Shown piece by piece: positions 1-16,988 of a DNA stretch of 64,000 nucleotides. Made by a program: the position numbers and the translations under genes. The DNA comes from the human T2T-CHM13v2.0 reference genome, Homo sapiens. The stretch lies in assembly GCF_009914755.1 (NCBI RefSeq), contig NC_060934.1; one strand, written 5' to 3'. How positions within the stretch are numbered: position 1 is the stretch's first letter; the number at the start of each line of letters is the position of its first letter. The notes beneath the pieces are model-generated. The model saw only the letters and a list, made by a program, of their open reading frames with translations. It had not been told where the DNA came from and did no database searches.

Positions 1-93
1 ATATATTGGGTTTAAGCAGATTTATTTAGTATTATATAGATAAATCAACCATGTATTTGTTGGACTTCTTCACTTTTCACTTGCATGGCTTAG

Positions 94-508
<415 letters not shown>

Positions 509-939
509 TAAAGAGCTTGAGTCTCTCTGCTCAAAATTTCAAACTCAAAAAGTTTACTCATCTGGATTACTTTCATATAGGCTTCTGAGACTGAGTCAGA
601 GCCTTGGAACCCAGCTGATCTACTTGTTTGTGGCAGTAGAGCGGCAGATACCCTGGTTGGCCTCCAGGTCTCCAATCTCTCCTTGTTCCTCACTAACAGG
701 GCTCCAGCTGGGCTTAGGGCAGCAGGTTGCCCATGGAAGATCACATACCTCCCCAGAGCCCCTTGAAGCTGAAGTGTCTACAACCCAAGTCTGGCCAAAA
801 AATATCCGTAGAAGCTTCCTCTGTGGGGCTTTCAGGAAAGCCCTATTGTTTTCCTGAGAAAAAGGGACAAGTCCAATCAGTACACATGTTTTGCCCTTGA
901 CCCCTCCCCTTCTTTCTGTGTAGAGTATGAACACCATGC

Positions 940-1155
940 TGGAGGGGCAGCAGCCCAGCTTTCCATTGTGAGGAAGAAAGTCAGGCATTAAGAGTAGCGG
1001 AGAAAAGTTACAAGGAGGCTGGGACCTTGTTTTCTGTAAGCAGCTGCCTCAGCCCTACCTCAAGACTTCTATAATGTGAGAAAAAGAGAAAAAACCCTAT
1101 TTGGTGAAGCACTATGTTCAGTGACTTGCAGCTAAGTAAAATTTTAACTGATGCA
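940..1155 (+). mobile_element. Old MaLR LTR 3' end (MLT1J/K-like)
   Basis: Ends ...GTGACTTGCAGCTAAGTAAAATTTTAACTGATGCA, resembling MLT1 LTR termini. Confidence 0.45.
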
Positions 1156-2850
<1,695 letters not shown>

Positions 2851-3056
2851 CTGATACCAAGATGAATAACCTTGTTTTCACCCTCAAGAAGCTTATGGCT
2901 GTGTAGAGGTGATGAGCTATGCACATATGTAATTACAGTATAGTCAGAAAAGGACTTACACTCTACCAATACCATAAACGATGCATTCGGAGGAGGAAAA
3001 CATTATACCAGCTGAAGGGATTAGCAACAACTTCATGGAGACACATTTAAGACCAT

Positions 3057-3321
3057 CTTTTTTTTTGGTGGGGGTGGGGCAGGGTCTCACTCTATCGCCC
3101 AGGCTGCAGTACAGTGGCATGATCATGGCTCACTGCAATCTTGAGCTCCTAGGCTCAAGAAATCTTCCTGCCTCAGCCTCCCAGGTAGCTAGGACTACAG
3201 GTGCGTGCCACCAAACCGGGAAAATTGTAGAGATAGGGTCTTGAACTCCTGACTCAGGTGATCCTCTTGCCTTGGCCTCCCAAAGTGCTGGGGTTACAGG
3301 CATGAGCAACTGCACCCAGCC
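3057..3321 (-). mobile_element. AluJ with internal deletion
   Basis: CAGGGTCTCACTCT...GATCATGGCTCACTGC (J-type); linker region missing. Confidence 0.9.
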
Positions 3322-3871
3322 TTAAGACGATCTTTGCTGTATAGCTAGAATAAAGTGAGGTGGATGAGGGTAGCGATGGGCTTCCAAGTGGAAAGAGTGA
3401 CTTGATGAAGGGTATGAGGCTGAAAAACCAAGACCCATGGCAAACTTCAGGGAGTTTAGCTTATCTGGAGATAGGGTATACGTGGGGAATCATTTAAAAG
3501 GTGAGTTGGAGCCAGGTTGAGGAGGGCTGTAAATACCTGGCTGAGGTGCTTGACCTATAGGAGTGGGGACCTAACTAAGGTTTGTAGGAGAAGTAGGGGG
3601 AGGGTGCCTTGACTAAAGCAGTGATTGAAGAAGACTCCTGGATTCCCATGTGGGGTGCACTGAAGAGGACAGATACTGGAGGTGAGAGACCCATTACGAG
3701 GCTGGAGTGGAGCACCTCAGAGATTGTTCTACTGTAATGACTGAACCCAGCTGGTTAGCTCAAGTAAAAAGGGGATTGATTGAAAAAAATATATATATGT
3801 TTAGGAAACCTCATAGAATACAACCCTGGAAGTCCTGTCAGCCCACAGGAAATGGACAGTGGTTTGTCTCT

Positions 3872-4015
3872 GTTTCCCTGGAGACACACACATGGTCTCT
3901 TGTATTTGCCTCTCTCAGCTCTCCTGTACTCTTTGCAGACCAGCTTTCTCTGTAAGGGCCTGGGCTGCTGCTTTCCCTTCACCTGGTTTCAGGAGGTTTG
4001 GGTTGCCATGGCACC
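3872..4015. promoter_or_regulatory. Pair of RFX X-box-like motifs
   Basis: GTTTCCCTGGAGAC (3872-3885) and GTTGCCATGGCACC (4002-4015, 13/14 to GTTGCCATGGCAAC); motif match only. Confidence 0.35.
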
Positions 4016-4317
4016 CATTCTGACCCAGATCCACTGGATCTTATATCAGACCCCACCACCATTTACTGCAGTCTCTCTGCTGATCATAGCATAAAGACAG
4101 GCTGTACCTTTTGGTGACACCAAACTGATATTCTAGTCACAATCAATGCAATAATCTAACAAATCTCCTGATCACATTTCCTGTTGGTGGGAAAGTCTAG
4201 CACTTGCACAGATTTGCTGGGCACAACTTGACTCACATTGTTTCCACATTTGTTTAATAACAGGTTATTATCTGCTGCAAGAATGAGGACAGGAACTGTG
4301 TTTGTCTTGTCTCCCGC

Positions 4318-5148
4318 TGTGTCTATTGCTGTATAACAAATTACCCCAAAACTTGGTGGCTTAAAACAGTAGGCATTTATGATCTCACAGTTTCTGTGAG
4401 TTAGGGATTTGGAAGTAGCTTGTCTGGATGGCTGTGGTTTGGGGTCTCTTATGAAGTTGCAATCAAGATGTTGGTTGGGCTGTAGTCATCTGAAAGCTTG
4501 AATGCAGCTGGAGGATCCACTTCCAAGATGGCACACTCACATGGCTGTTGGCAGGAGGCTTCAGTTCCTTATGACATGGACCTTTCCATAGGGCTGCTTG
4601 AGTGTCCTCACGATATGGTAGTTGGTTTCCCCCAGAACAATTGATCCAAGAGAGAGCAAGGAGGACGACACACACCGCCTTTTATAACCTAGTCTCAGAA
4701 GTCATACATCATCACTATTGCCACATTCTATTTGTTAGAAGTAAGTCATTATGTCTGTCCCATACTCAAGGGAAAGAGGAATTAGGCTCCATCGTTGAAG
4801 GGAAACTTGTAAAATAATTTGTAGATGTATTTTTTATTTTTTTGAGACAAGGCTTCACTGTTTTGCCCAGGCTGGAGTGCAGTGGGGCAAACACAGCTCA
4901 GTGAGCCTCAACCTCCTAGGCTCAAGGATTCCTCCCACCTCAGCTTCCCAAGTAGCTGGAACTACAGGTGTGTGCCACCATGCCTAGCTACTTTTTTATT
5001 TTTTGTAGAGACAGGGTCTTACTGTGTTGCCCAGGCTGGTCTAGAATTCCTGGGCTCAAGTGATCCTCCTGCCTCTGCCTCCCAAAGTGTTGGGATTACA
5101 GATGTGAGCCACCGTGCCTGGCTGCAGATGTATTTTAAAACCACCACA
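4318..5148 (-). mobile_element. MaLR solo LTR (MLT1F/G-like) interrupted by an Alu
   Basis: TATTGCTGTATAACAAATTACCCCAAAAC...GGATCCACTTCCAAGATGGC...; terminal AACCACCACA resumes after the Alu. Confidence 0.85.
4828..5122 (-). mobile_element. AluJ inserted in the MLT1 LTR
   Basis: J-type body; TSD AGATGTATTTT on both sides. Confidence 0.93.
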
Positions 5149-5620
5149 GCCACCGTAACTTTAGCACCTATTATGGTGCCTGACATATAGCAGGGGCTTA
5201 ATAATGGTTTGCAAAAGGAACAGTTGTTCTCTCTCCTAAACTTGATTCACTGGCACTGAAACATGGCAGTCACTATAAGGCAGGCAGTCACACCAAGGAA
5301 TGGCCATTTCAGGCTTCATTCAGCTTTAGTGTCTTCCCATGTGTTGTTCTATCAGGAAATAGTGGGGCCATTTTGGGAAGTCGCTAGGCCAAGAACACAA
5401 ATATAGGCTGCTGAGATCCCTTTAGATGTTGGCATACAACTAGCCGAAGAGAGAGGAGGTCTCAGAGGTTTGTAAGAGTTGAGTTCTGCTAGCGAATTAG
5501 AATTTTTATTAAATATTTATAATAGGGGCTTCTAACAAAATTATTGATACTATTATTTTGAGGAACAAATCTTTTATATTTAATATATCTCTGAAGACTT
5601 GGGATCATTTGTGTCTATCA

Positions 5621-6003
<383 letters not shown>

Positions 6004-6059
6004 TTAATACAGTTCTTTACATCCCAAGTATTCCAAGAGAAAAGAAGGTGGGTGTTAGG

Positions 6060-6608
6060 TGCTGTGGCCATGGACTTGACATTCAGTGGGGAGGAGTGTA
6101 ATGAGCTCCAGCACCATTTTGTTGTTGTTGTTAGAGATGAGGTCCTGCTATGTTGCCCAGGCTAGAATGCAGTGGCTATTCACAGGCGTGATCATAGCAC
6201 ACCACAGCCTCAAACTCCTAGCCTCAAGTGATCCTCCTGCCTCAGCCTCTCAAGTAGCTGGGATTACAGGTGTGTGCCACTGTACCTGGCTACAGCACCT
6301 TTGGAATCCACCATAGTTTTCAAGCTGGAGCTGTGCTCTTCCTGGTCAGCCCCTAGCCAATGACAGAGCATGGTGAGTGCAGGCCTAGCTATTTCTGTCT
6401 AATGTGGGACTTCTCAAATGAGCAATCTTTGCTCCAAGTCTCCCTGTGGAGTTGACTGAGATTCTGTCACATCTGTCTTGTGATCCTAGGCTCTCCCTTC
6501 CCAGTTCTGCTGTCTCCTCCTTTATCTTCCACGGGTGTCTCCCTCTCCCCAGTGAGCCTCTTGCTCTCCTGGCTTTATCTTAGCATTCCGGAGGACATGA
6601 ATGACACA
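6060..6608 (+). mobile_element. ERVL solo LTR (LTR16A-like)
   Basis: CCCCTAGCCAATGACAGAGC...GGACTTCTC...TTTATCTTCCACGGGTGT...GGAGGACATGAATGACACA resembles LTR16A. Confidence 0.7.
6116..6290 (-). mobile_element. FAM (fossil Alu monomer)
   Basis: Monomer retaining the 7SL-derived GGCTATTCACAGGCGTGATC; TSD CAGCACCATTT/CAGCACCTTT. Confidence 0.85.
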
Positions 6609-6994
6609 GGAGGAATGAGGCCATGTGGTCATAGTATCCATTGGAAGACCTAGTGGGCAAGTCTTTAAGATCTTCTAGCCCAGGCTTTGAGAACTAGAAC
6701 CTTGTCTGCTGGATGGGGATCTTGGCTTTAGAAACTTATTTTGGAAGGAATTTCCAAATTGCTTACATGATACTGTAGGCCAAGGTGGAAGTTTGGGTGT
6801 CATTGTAGATGAGGGTACTGGTGTCAAGGCTCGCCAGGAACGGAGAGGAACAGCGCAATGGGCTCACCAAACAAGCTCCTCAGAGCAGTCAGAACTGTGT
6901 TTCCCCAGTGCTGGGACACAGGGAGGCGGTTTCACTGTGCGCTAACGCCATTTGCAGGAGGTGACAGAGCTCGCCCAAGGAAGGGGCAGGAGAT

Positions 6995-7200
6995 TGCGGT
7001 GGTTAAGTGCTTTGGAGGCAAATAGGCCTGGGTATGAGCCTGGCTGTGCTACCTACTAGCTTTGTGATGTTGGACATATTACCTAAGCTCTTCATCTCTC
7101 AGCTTCCTCATTGGGAAGATGGAGATGATAATATAAGTCTACTTCTTAGATTTGCTGGGAGGATTTTTAAAACTCCTTCTAAAATGCTCAGCATTGTACG
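6995..7200 (+). mobile_element. MIR SINE
   Basis: GTGGTTAAG...TACTAGCTTTGTGATGTTGG...CTCAGCTTCCTCAT core. Confidence 0.8.
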
Positions 7201-7715
7201 TGATTGAATCAGGTAAAGTTCTCAGCTGTAAGCAACAGAAACTGACTCAAGTTGATTGAAATAGAAAAAAGAATGGATCAAAAAGCCAGTGGGCAGCTTC
7301 CAGAATCCCCAAAGAGGCTAGAAAGGCAGCTCAGAGAATAGATAGAAATAAGGGCAGTAGCCAGGGCCATAGTCAAAATCCTGCCATAAATCCAGCCTGC
7401 TGCTGCCACCATTGATCGCTGGATGCCTCTGCTGTTTGCCCTCATAGAACCCAGACCCTGCCCTTGGCCTTGTTGCCACTGTTGCCTGGAAACGGGTGTG
7501 GCTGTCACCACTACCGCTGTCAGCCCAGCCACCAGAATGGCTTCTCTGTGGTTCTCAGCCTCTTCTCTGCTTCCCCTCTCCTTCCCTTTCCACCTCTACT
7601 TTCCCCTTCCCCCTCTTCTCCCTCTGCCTCCTCACCTTCCCCCCCATCTATTTCTTTCTCTATGCTTCTTCACACTTTCTCCCTCCACTGGCTAGTTATC
7701 CTCATCCATTAGCTA

Positions 7716-8129
<414 letters not shown>

Positions 8130-8532
8130 TTAAATGTCTGGAAAGTTTATTTTTCTTCCTCACTTCAATCTGTCCTCCACCTCTTTAATTCACTGTAACT
8201 GCCCTTCCCAAGGTCACCAGTGACCTCTCCATTGCTTTACCAAGGCTGACTTTTCTGTCCTCCTCAACCTCTTGGGAACACTTGATCTTGTTGACTATGA
8301 CCTCCCTTTGAGACTCTTTCCTGTTCTCGGCTTGATGATGCCATGCTTTTCTGGCTTTCCTCCTTTCTTGGACCTGATTATCTTGATATTCTTTGTGGGC
8401 TTTTCCAACAAAGTACTACAAACTGTGTGTCTTCAGCAACAAAAATGTATTGTTTCATAGTCCTGGAGCTTGCAATTTGGAGATTAATATGTTGGCAGGA
8501 CTAGTTCCTTGGCTTGTAAAGCATCACCCTGA

Positions 8533-9286
<754 letters not shown>

Positions 9287-9605
9287 CTCATCTTAGCTAA
9301 TTACAACTACATTGACTCTATGTCCAAGTAAGCTCCCATTCTGAGGCGCTGGGGGTTAGCACTTCAACACATAACATTTAGGGGAACACAATTCAATCTA
9401 TAGCACTCTTTAAACATCGCTTTCCCTTGGCCACTTTCTTAGCCTCCTCCCCCGAGAAACTTTATTCAAACTCATGGCTTTAATGACCATACCACCTTAC
9501 AATGATGATACCCCAGGGTGTTTCTCAAACCCAGTTCTCTCCCTCTGAGTTCTGGAGAGACAGATCCAATTACCCAGCAGTCATATTTGGGTATTTATGG
9601 GTCCC

Positions 9606-9904
9606 TTTATTTATTTATTTTTGAGTCAGGATCTCACTCTGTTGCCCAGGTTGGAGTGCAGTGGTAAGATAATGGTTCACAGCAGCCTCAAATTCCTGAG
9701 CTCAAGCCATCCTCCTGCCTCAGCCTCCTAAGTAGCTAGGACTACAGGCATGTGCCACCATGCCCAGCTGATTTTCTTATTTTTGTAGAGACGGGGGTCT
9801 CTCTATGTGGTCCAGGCTAGTCTTGATCTCCTGGGCTCAAGCAATCATCCTACCTCAGCCTTCCAAAGTGCTGGGATTATAGGAATGAGGCACTGTGCCT
9901 GGCC
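9606..9904 (-). mobile_element. AluJ
   Basis: J-type dimer. Confidence 0.92.
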
Positions 9905-10097
9905 AAGTCCTTTGTGTAATGTTCCAGATTGAATTTATCTTTTCCTTAAAGATGTTTCTTCTCCTGAGTTTCTGGTCTCAGAGACTGGCCCCATCACCCA
10001 CCTTGCTCCCCCAGGGTGGGAGATCACCCTGGAGGCTTGCTTCAGTTTATGACTCCCACCCCTTCCAGTCACCACATCCTTCAATAGCATCACGTCT

Positions 10098-10383
10098 CTT
10101 TTTCTCTTTTTTTTTTTTGAGATGGAGTCTCGCTCTGTTGTCCAGGCTGGAGTGCAATGTCGCGATCTAGGCTCACTGCAACCTCTGTGATTCTCCCACA
10201 TCAGCCTCCAAGTAGCTGGGATTACAGGCACCCACTACCATGCCTGGGTAATTTTTGTATTTTTGTAGAGATGGGGTTTCACCATGTTGGCCAGGCTGGT
10301 CTTGAACTTCTGACCTCAGGTGATCCGCCTGCCTCAGCCTCCCAAAGTGCTGGGATGAGAGGTGTCAGCCACTATGCCCAGCC
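10098..10383 (-). mobile_element. AluS with a short right-arm deletion
   Basis: CAACCTCTG joined directly to TGATTCTCC. Confidence 0.92.
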
Positions 10384-11775
10384 TATTTTTATTTTTCGAA
10401 TTGAACATTCCTTCATACTTGTTTTATATGGTCAGAATACTACATTGGTAGCAATGATTCATTTTGTTAGTCATGAAACAAACAACAACAACAACAAAAA
10501 TTCATACATTTTACTTTGTTTCTCAGAAATGAGAGATGTTTTAAGAATGTGTTTTCATGAGATTTGCCAAATTTTTTTTCATTGCACAATAGCTTTTTTT
10601 TTTCTCTCTTCCTTTTGGAGAATTGTTGGGTGGATGAAGATTTTAAGATAGGTAAGAACAGATGTGTTGACACAGTTTGGGAAAGCAAAAACAATTTAAC
10701 TGGAAGAAAAGCCCTTAGGGAAATGACACTCTCCCAAGGATGTTCGAAACCCAGTTATAGGAAGTACTAAGTCTTCAGTGGACAATGTGATTTGGGTTAA
10801 GAGCCAGCAGAGCTTGGGGAAACGCTGACAGTCCTCCAAATACCACAATGCAGTGTTAGAATCAGACTCGCTATGTTGAAATTTACGAGGATTTACATTT
10901 TAATTAGTTGCTCAAAATTTGCCCTCACAATTGGTCCTTTAGGCGAACGTTAATCCCATTTACTTCTTTCTAATTTTAATGCTCCAAACCCCACCAATTT
11001 TGAGAAGGAAGAAGTGTTCTTCCAAGTTATGTAAGTGATTTATTATACGATGTGAGAATTATACGATGGAGGCACCACGTAGGAGAAATGGAATTGAGGA
11101 ATACCAGCTGAAAAAGCTCTTATTCACCCTCTAGTTCAGTTCAGCCTCACAAATTAGAAAACAAACCCAGAGAGGCAGAGAGACTTACTTAAGGTCACAT
11201 GGTTATTCAGAGGTCTAGAATACACACTTTCTGGTGCCTGAACCAAAAGTCCGCTTTAGGAAAAATTATAGTCAACATTTACTGAGCACTTGCTAAGTAC
11301 TAGGCACTGGGCTAAATGCCTTTCATAAATTTCAACAGTTCACAAAATCAATGAAATAGAAAGTATTTCAAATGTAAAATAAAAACATTGTCAGTCCTCT
11401 CTAACAATTTTTCTCTGGATGTTTCATTTGCTTTCTTAAACAGAAGTTGCTGACGTACATGTCTTTCCTCCCTTCCAGATTCAAAGGCTGCAAAGGGCTC
11501 CTAGGTATACTCCACTGAGCTGTATTTTGAAAGCTAAATAAGCATTAACTTATTCACAACAAAAGCCTGATATATTTGTATTAAGGCTGCAGAGAGGTTT
11601 GGAAAGCACAGATTTCTCCCCCTTTCTCCTCCCTTAGTTTGTTCACCGATCACTTCTTCCCTCTCTTCCTTCTTTTTCCCTTCCCTCCCTCTCTCCCTAG
11701 CTTCCCCCACTTTCTTTCCTCTCTCTGTCTCCCTCCCTTTCTTTCTTCCATTCTAGAAAGTGAGGTATTTTCCAG

Positions 11776-12055
11776 TACCTGTAATCTGTACACTTTGGGA
11801 GGCCGAGGTAGGAGGATTGCTTGAGGCCAGGAGTTTGAGATCAGTCTGGGCAACATAGCAAGACCCTACAGCAAATTTTTTATATAAAAAATTTAAAAAT
11901 TAGCCAGGCTTGGTGGCACATGCCAATAGTCCCAGCTACTTGGGGGGCTGAGGCAGGAGGATCACCCGGAAGTTCGAGGCTGTGGAGAACTATGATTGCC
12001 CATGGCACTCCAGCCCGGATGACAGAGCGAGACCCCATCTCTATAAAAAATAAAA
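11776..12055 (+). mobile_element. AluJ, 5'-truncated
   Basis: CCTGTAATC...GGATTGCTTGAGGCCAGGAG. Confidence 0.9.
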
Positions 12056-12069
12056 AGTGAAAAATAAAG

Positions 12070-12361
<292 letters not shown>

Positions 12362-12383
12362 TTAAGGACTCTGTCTGTTGTGA

Positions 12384-12706
<323 letters not shown>

Positions 12707-13401
12707 TGATTTGTCTTGAACATGTAGAATGTTGGAAATGCCGGGGCCTAAGGCATCATCCAAAGGGGAGTGGAGGCTAGAGAGGTAAAGGATTTTGCCT
12801 GAGGTCAACTAAATGAAATCCTACCAAGATCAGACAGCGACTATAAAGCAGGAGTCCAGTCAACCCCAAGAGGAAAGCTACCAGAATAGCACAGGCAAAG
12901 TCTGATTTGTTCTGGAGGTGTCAACATTTTTAAATGACTCAATTCAATCTCAGACCAGCAAGCTCTTCACCTTCACTTGAAGGAGTGTAGGATCTTTTAT
13001 CAGGAGCTTAAGAATGAAAAGCAAACTTCTAATCATACCCAGCACTTCAAAATCCCCAGAGTTGAGGGCCGGGTAATGAGTGGGGCTTACATAGAGTAGG
13101 TTCTCAGAGATACAAGGGTTAGGACTTGGAAATACACATGACAGGCGGGGACAGAAATTTTATTAACCTGTACCTTAAAGCCCTTTAGGACATTTGATTG
13201 TGGAATGAAACCAACACATTGAGAAGACTCAAAGTGGGGAGAACCTGAAATTAGTTTTGCACTTTCCAATCCCAGGTTTCCAGGCCCTCTGTCCTCAGTG
13301 ATTGGCTGGTGCAATTCTGAACACTGAGCTGTTGATTTTCCCATCCCAATAACTTCAGCAAAGGAATCTCTGAAGTCCAGTGTGGAAGCTCAATACACAG
13401 A

Positions 13402-13513
13402 CCAGGCAGGAGGACTGCTTGAGGCCAGAAGTTTGAGACCAGCCTGGTCAACATAATGAGACCCCCATCGCCAGACAAATAATAATAATAATAATTATTA
13501 TTATTATTATTAT
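13402..13513 (+). mobile_element. Alu left-monomer (FLAM-like) fragment with (AAT)n(TAT)n tail
   Basis: GGAGGACTGCTTGAGGCCAGAAGTTTGAGACCAGCCTGG. Confidence 0.8.
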
Positions 13514-14010
13514 AAAGAATCAGAGAGAGAGAGTAAGCCTTGGAGGTAAGTAGCATGCCACAGATCACTTAGCAATCTAGAAACAGATTCTGAATTCTAG
13601 GTCCCACTCAGAGAAGGAGAAAGGGAAAGAAAGTGTGGCAGCCCTGACTTCTGTTCTTCAGAGGCAGCTTTATATGGTGGAGATTGCCTGGAGCCAGGAG
13701 ATAAGGCCATGTGCTTTCTGGGCCTCAATTACTTCCCTTGTAAAATGAGAAAGAATTGGTCCACATGACTGCTAACTTCCTATCTCTATGTAAGAACCAT
13801 GTGACTCTAGAATCATATTTAAATGGTAAAATGACAAGTGATCCAAGTGATTAATTTTTTTTATTGTCCTGATTTTTTTCCCCATCCTGGTGTGTGGTTT
13901 GGCTGAACTGACTGAATTTAAGGGAATATCTTTGATGTCCCAAATTACCTGGAGGAATTTCATCTCACAATTTTTCTCAAAGGCCTTTAGGACTGCTGCA
14001 TTCTTTTTGA

Positions 14011-14669
<659 letters not shown>

Positions 14670-14699
14670 TAGTGCAATGTTTCCCCACCACACTCAGTC

Positions 14700-15482
14700 T
14701 AAAGCCACACTTCACGCCTACCAGGCCCTGCACTTTCTGGATCCGCCTTCCTTTCCAGCCTCCTATCCTATCCTCTCTCTTCATGTAATTTATTTTGGAC
14801 ACACAGGCTTTCCTTTAGTTCCTCAAAGGCACAAAACTCTTTCCTAACTCAGGACTTGCGAATAGACTGTTTTCTCTACTGGAGCTGTCTTCCTTCATTC
14901 ATTGGTCGTTTGGATGATTCAGGCCTGAATACCACATCATCAGTTGGGCCTCCACTGGTATTAATATTTGGGCCTCCACTGACCACCTCATCTAAACGGA
15001 AATTGGACCACCCTATTCTTTCTCTTCAGAGCACTTAACATTATTTGCGTGTTTAATATCTGCTTCTCTAACTAGACTGGGAAGTCCATGAGGTCAGGGG
15101 CTATCTCTTTTTTGTTTACCACTGCATTTCCTAGCACGTAGTAAGCACTCAATATTTACTGGCCAGGTGCGGTGGCTCACGCCTGTAATCCCAGCACTTT
15201 GGGAGGCCCAGGCAGGCAGATCACTTGAGGTCAAGAGTTCGAGATCAGCCTGGCCAACATGGTGAAACCCTGTCTCTACTAAAAATACAAAAATTAGCCA
15301 GGCATGGTGGCAGACGCCTGTAATCTCAGCTACTTGGGAGGCAGATGGAGGAGCATAGCTTGAACCCAGGAGGCGGAGGCTGCAGTGAGCTGAGACTGCA
15401 CCACTGTACTCCAGTCTGGGTGATAAAGTGAGACTCATTTCAAAAACAAAAAAAAAAATTTACTAAATGAATGAATGAATGC
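14700..15482 (+). mobile_element. L2 3' end interrupted by an Alu
   Basis: CTAGACTGGGAAGTCCATGAGG...GCACTCAATATTTAC...TGAATGAATGAATG terminus. Confidence 0.8.
15161..15458 (+). mobile_element. AluS
   Basis: Full dimer; ATTTACT flanks both ends. Confidence 0.95.
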
Positions 15483-16489
15483 ATTCGCAGAAAATTCCCA
15501 GCACAATCTGCTCTTATTGGTTGTTTCTATATGACACAACCTACATAAACACTTAGTGAAATTGCCACGTTGACCCTGTTTTGGTATTGTAGAAACAGCT
15601 ATTGGCCCTTGGATAAGTTGGCAAGGATTCCAATGTGTGTTTATTCAAACTGAATGGGCCTCTTTAGGGGCTCAGTGAGAACCCCAGGAGCCAGTTAATG
15701 CAACCTCAGTTCTCTCAATCTGACTTCTTGTAAAATTTCAGAGACATTCTCTTGGCTAAGAAGATAACTGAGATTTCAAGTTAGAACTGTAGTATCCTTA
15801 ACAGAGAAAAGCAAGTGAATCTCAAGTGACCGATTTTGCCTGAGTAAAATCGGAATTAAATCATATGTGGAATTACGACAGAGTCATTGGATGACAATCA
15901 GCTTTGTTTCGTTTTTCTGGGACCACATGAAAAAGAGGTTATTTATTAAGAATGGAATAGTTCCTTTAAAATTCTGTAGCAATCATGTCTCTCTCTCTTT
16001 TTTTTTCCTTCCAGTCCATGGAAAGTGTTATCTCAGGCAGCTTTGTGCAGGAAGTTGGGTTTATCACTTCCTCACAGTTGCAGTTTGTCTAGGACTTAGC
16101 TACATGCTATCAGATTACATCAAAATGTAGGCCTTTGTGTGTTTAACTCATCAAAGGAGTGGGCCCTCAGGACTTGATATCACTTCACTGCAAACGCAGC
16201 CATGTAGCAAAACAAAGCCTATCTAAACAGGACACAACTATTTCTGTTGTGCGGCAGCTCCGCTAGCTCGCGCTTTCAGAAATGGTTGGGTTTTGGGTTT
16301 CAGGTGTCTGCACTGTTTCACTTCTTGTTTTTATATTTGTATCTTTTTAGAATTGCAGTCATTTGCCTGGTTATGTGCAAGGAAGGAAAACCCAAAATAT
16401 TACCTATGAGGGAGGAGGCAAGATTGCCCCAATCCACAGTGTCAGTTGGAGGTAGCACTAACCCTTACCTCATCTTCTTGATTTTCACT

Positions 16490-16710
16490 TGAGAACTCAG
16501 TTGCTGCGGTCTCAGTAGTCTGGGCTTCAGGGCTGGCCATGTGGGGGTTTCAAACCTTGACTTCCCTGTGTCCTGGGGCAATTATTTCACCTCTGCGTTT
16601 CAGTGTTCCCATCTGAAAAATGAAGTTAATAATAGCACCTGCCTCATAGCTTCATGGTATGGAATAAATGACACAGATTAAAGAATATATGAAGAGCGCT
16701 TATAAAAAGT
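16490..16710 (+). mobile_element. MIR SINE
   Basis: CCTCTGCGTTTCAGTGTTCCCATCTGAAAAATG...ATAATAGCACCTGCCTCATAG. Confidence 0.75.
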
Positions 16711-16922
16711 GCTCCCCATTGGAGGGATATCAGGATTTTAAAGTCTGAGGGGATACCACGCCCCAGGCCCTGCAGAGCAGCAAGACTAGCTGGCAGGGCA
16801 GCCAGTCCCAGGCTGGGCAAAGTTTCTCAGGCTGTACTTCCACCTTTGGGGCCTCGTTACTATTTTCTTCTCCGTGGAGTTCCCTCTTCTCTGTGGTGGG
16901 CTTTCTGCCAGATGCTGCCTCT

Positions 16923-16988
16923 ATTGGCGGCCACAGGAAGCCAATGCAACTGTGAAGTAATACTTCTGCCTCAGGCCTGGCTCCGCCC
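16923..16988. promoter_or_regulatory. Candidate promoter module (2 CCAAT boxes, ETS core, GC box)
   Basis: ATTGG 16923-27, CAGGAAG 16934-40, CCAAT 16941-45, GGCTCCGCCC 16979-88 in unique DNA; motifs only. Confidence 0.35.

Noticed and set aside
6116-6290. 7SL RNA pseudogene
   Set aside because: Lacks the central S domain; fits FAM.
14944-14981. TTGGGCCTCCACTG direct repeat
   Set aside because: Small local duplication within an L2 relic; no sign of function.
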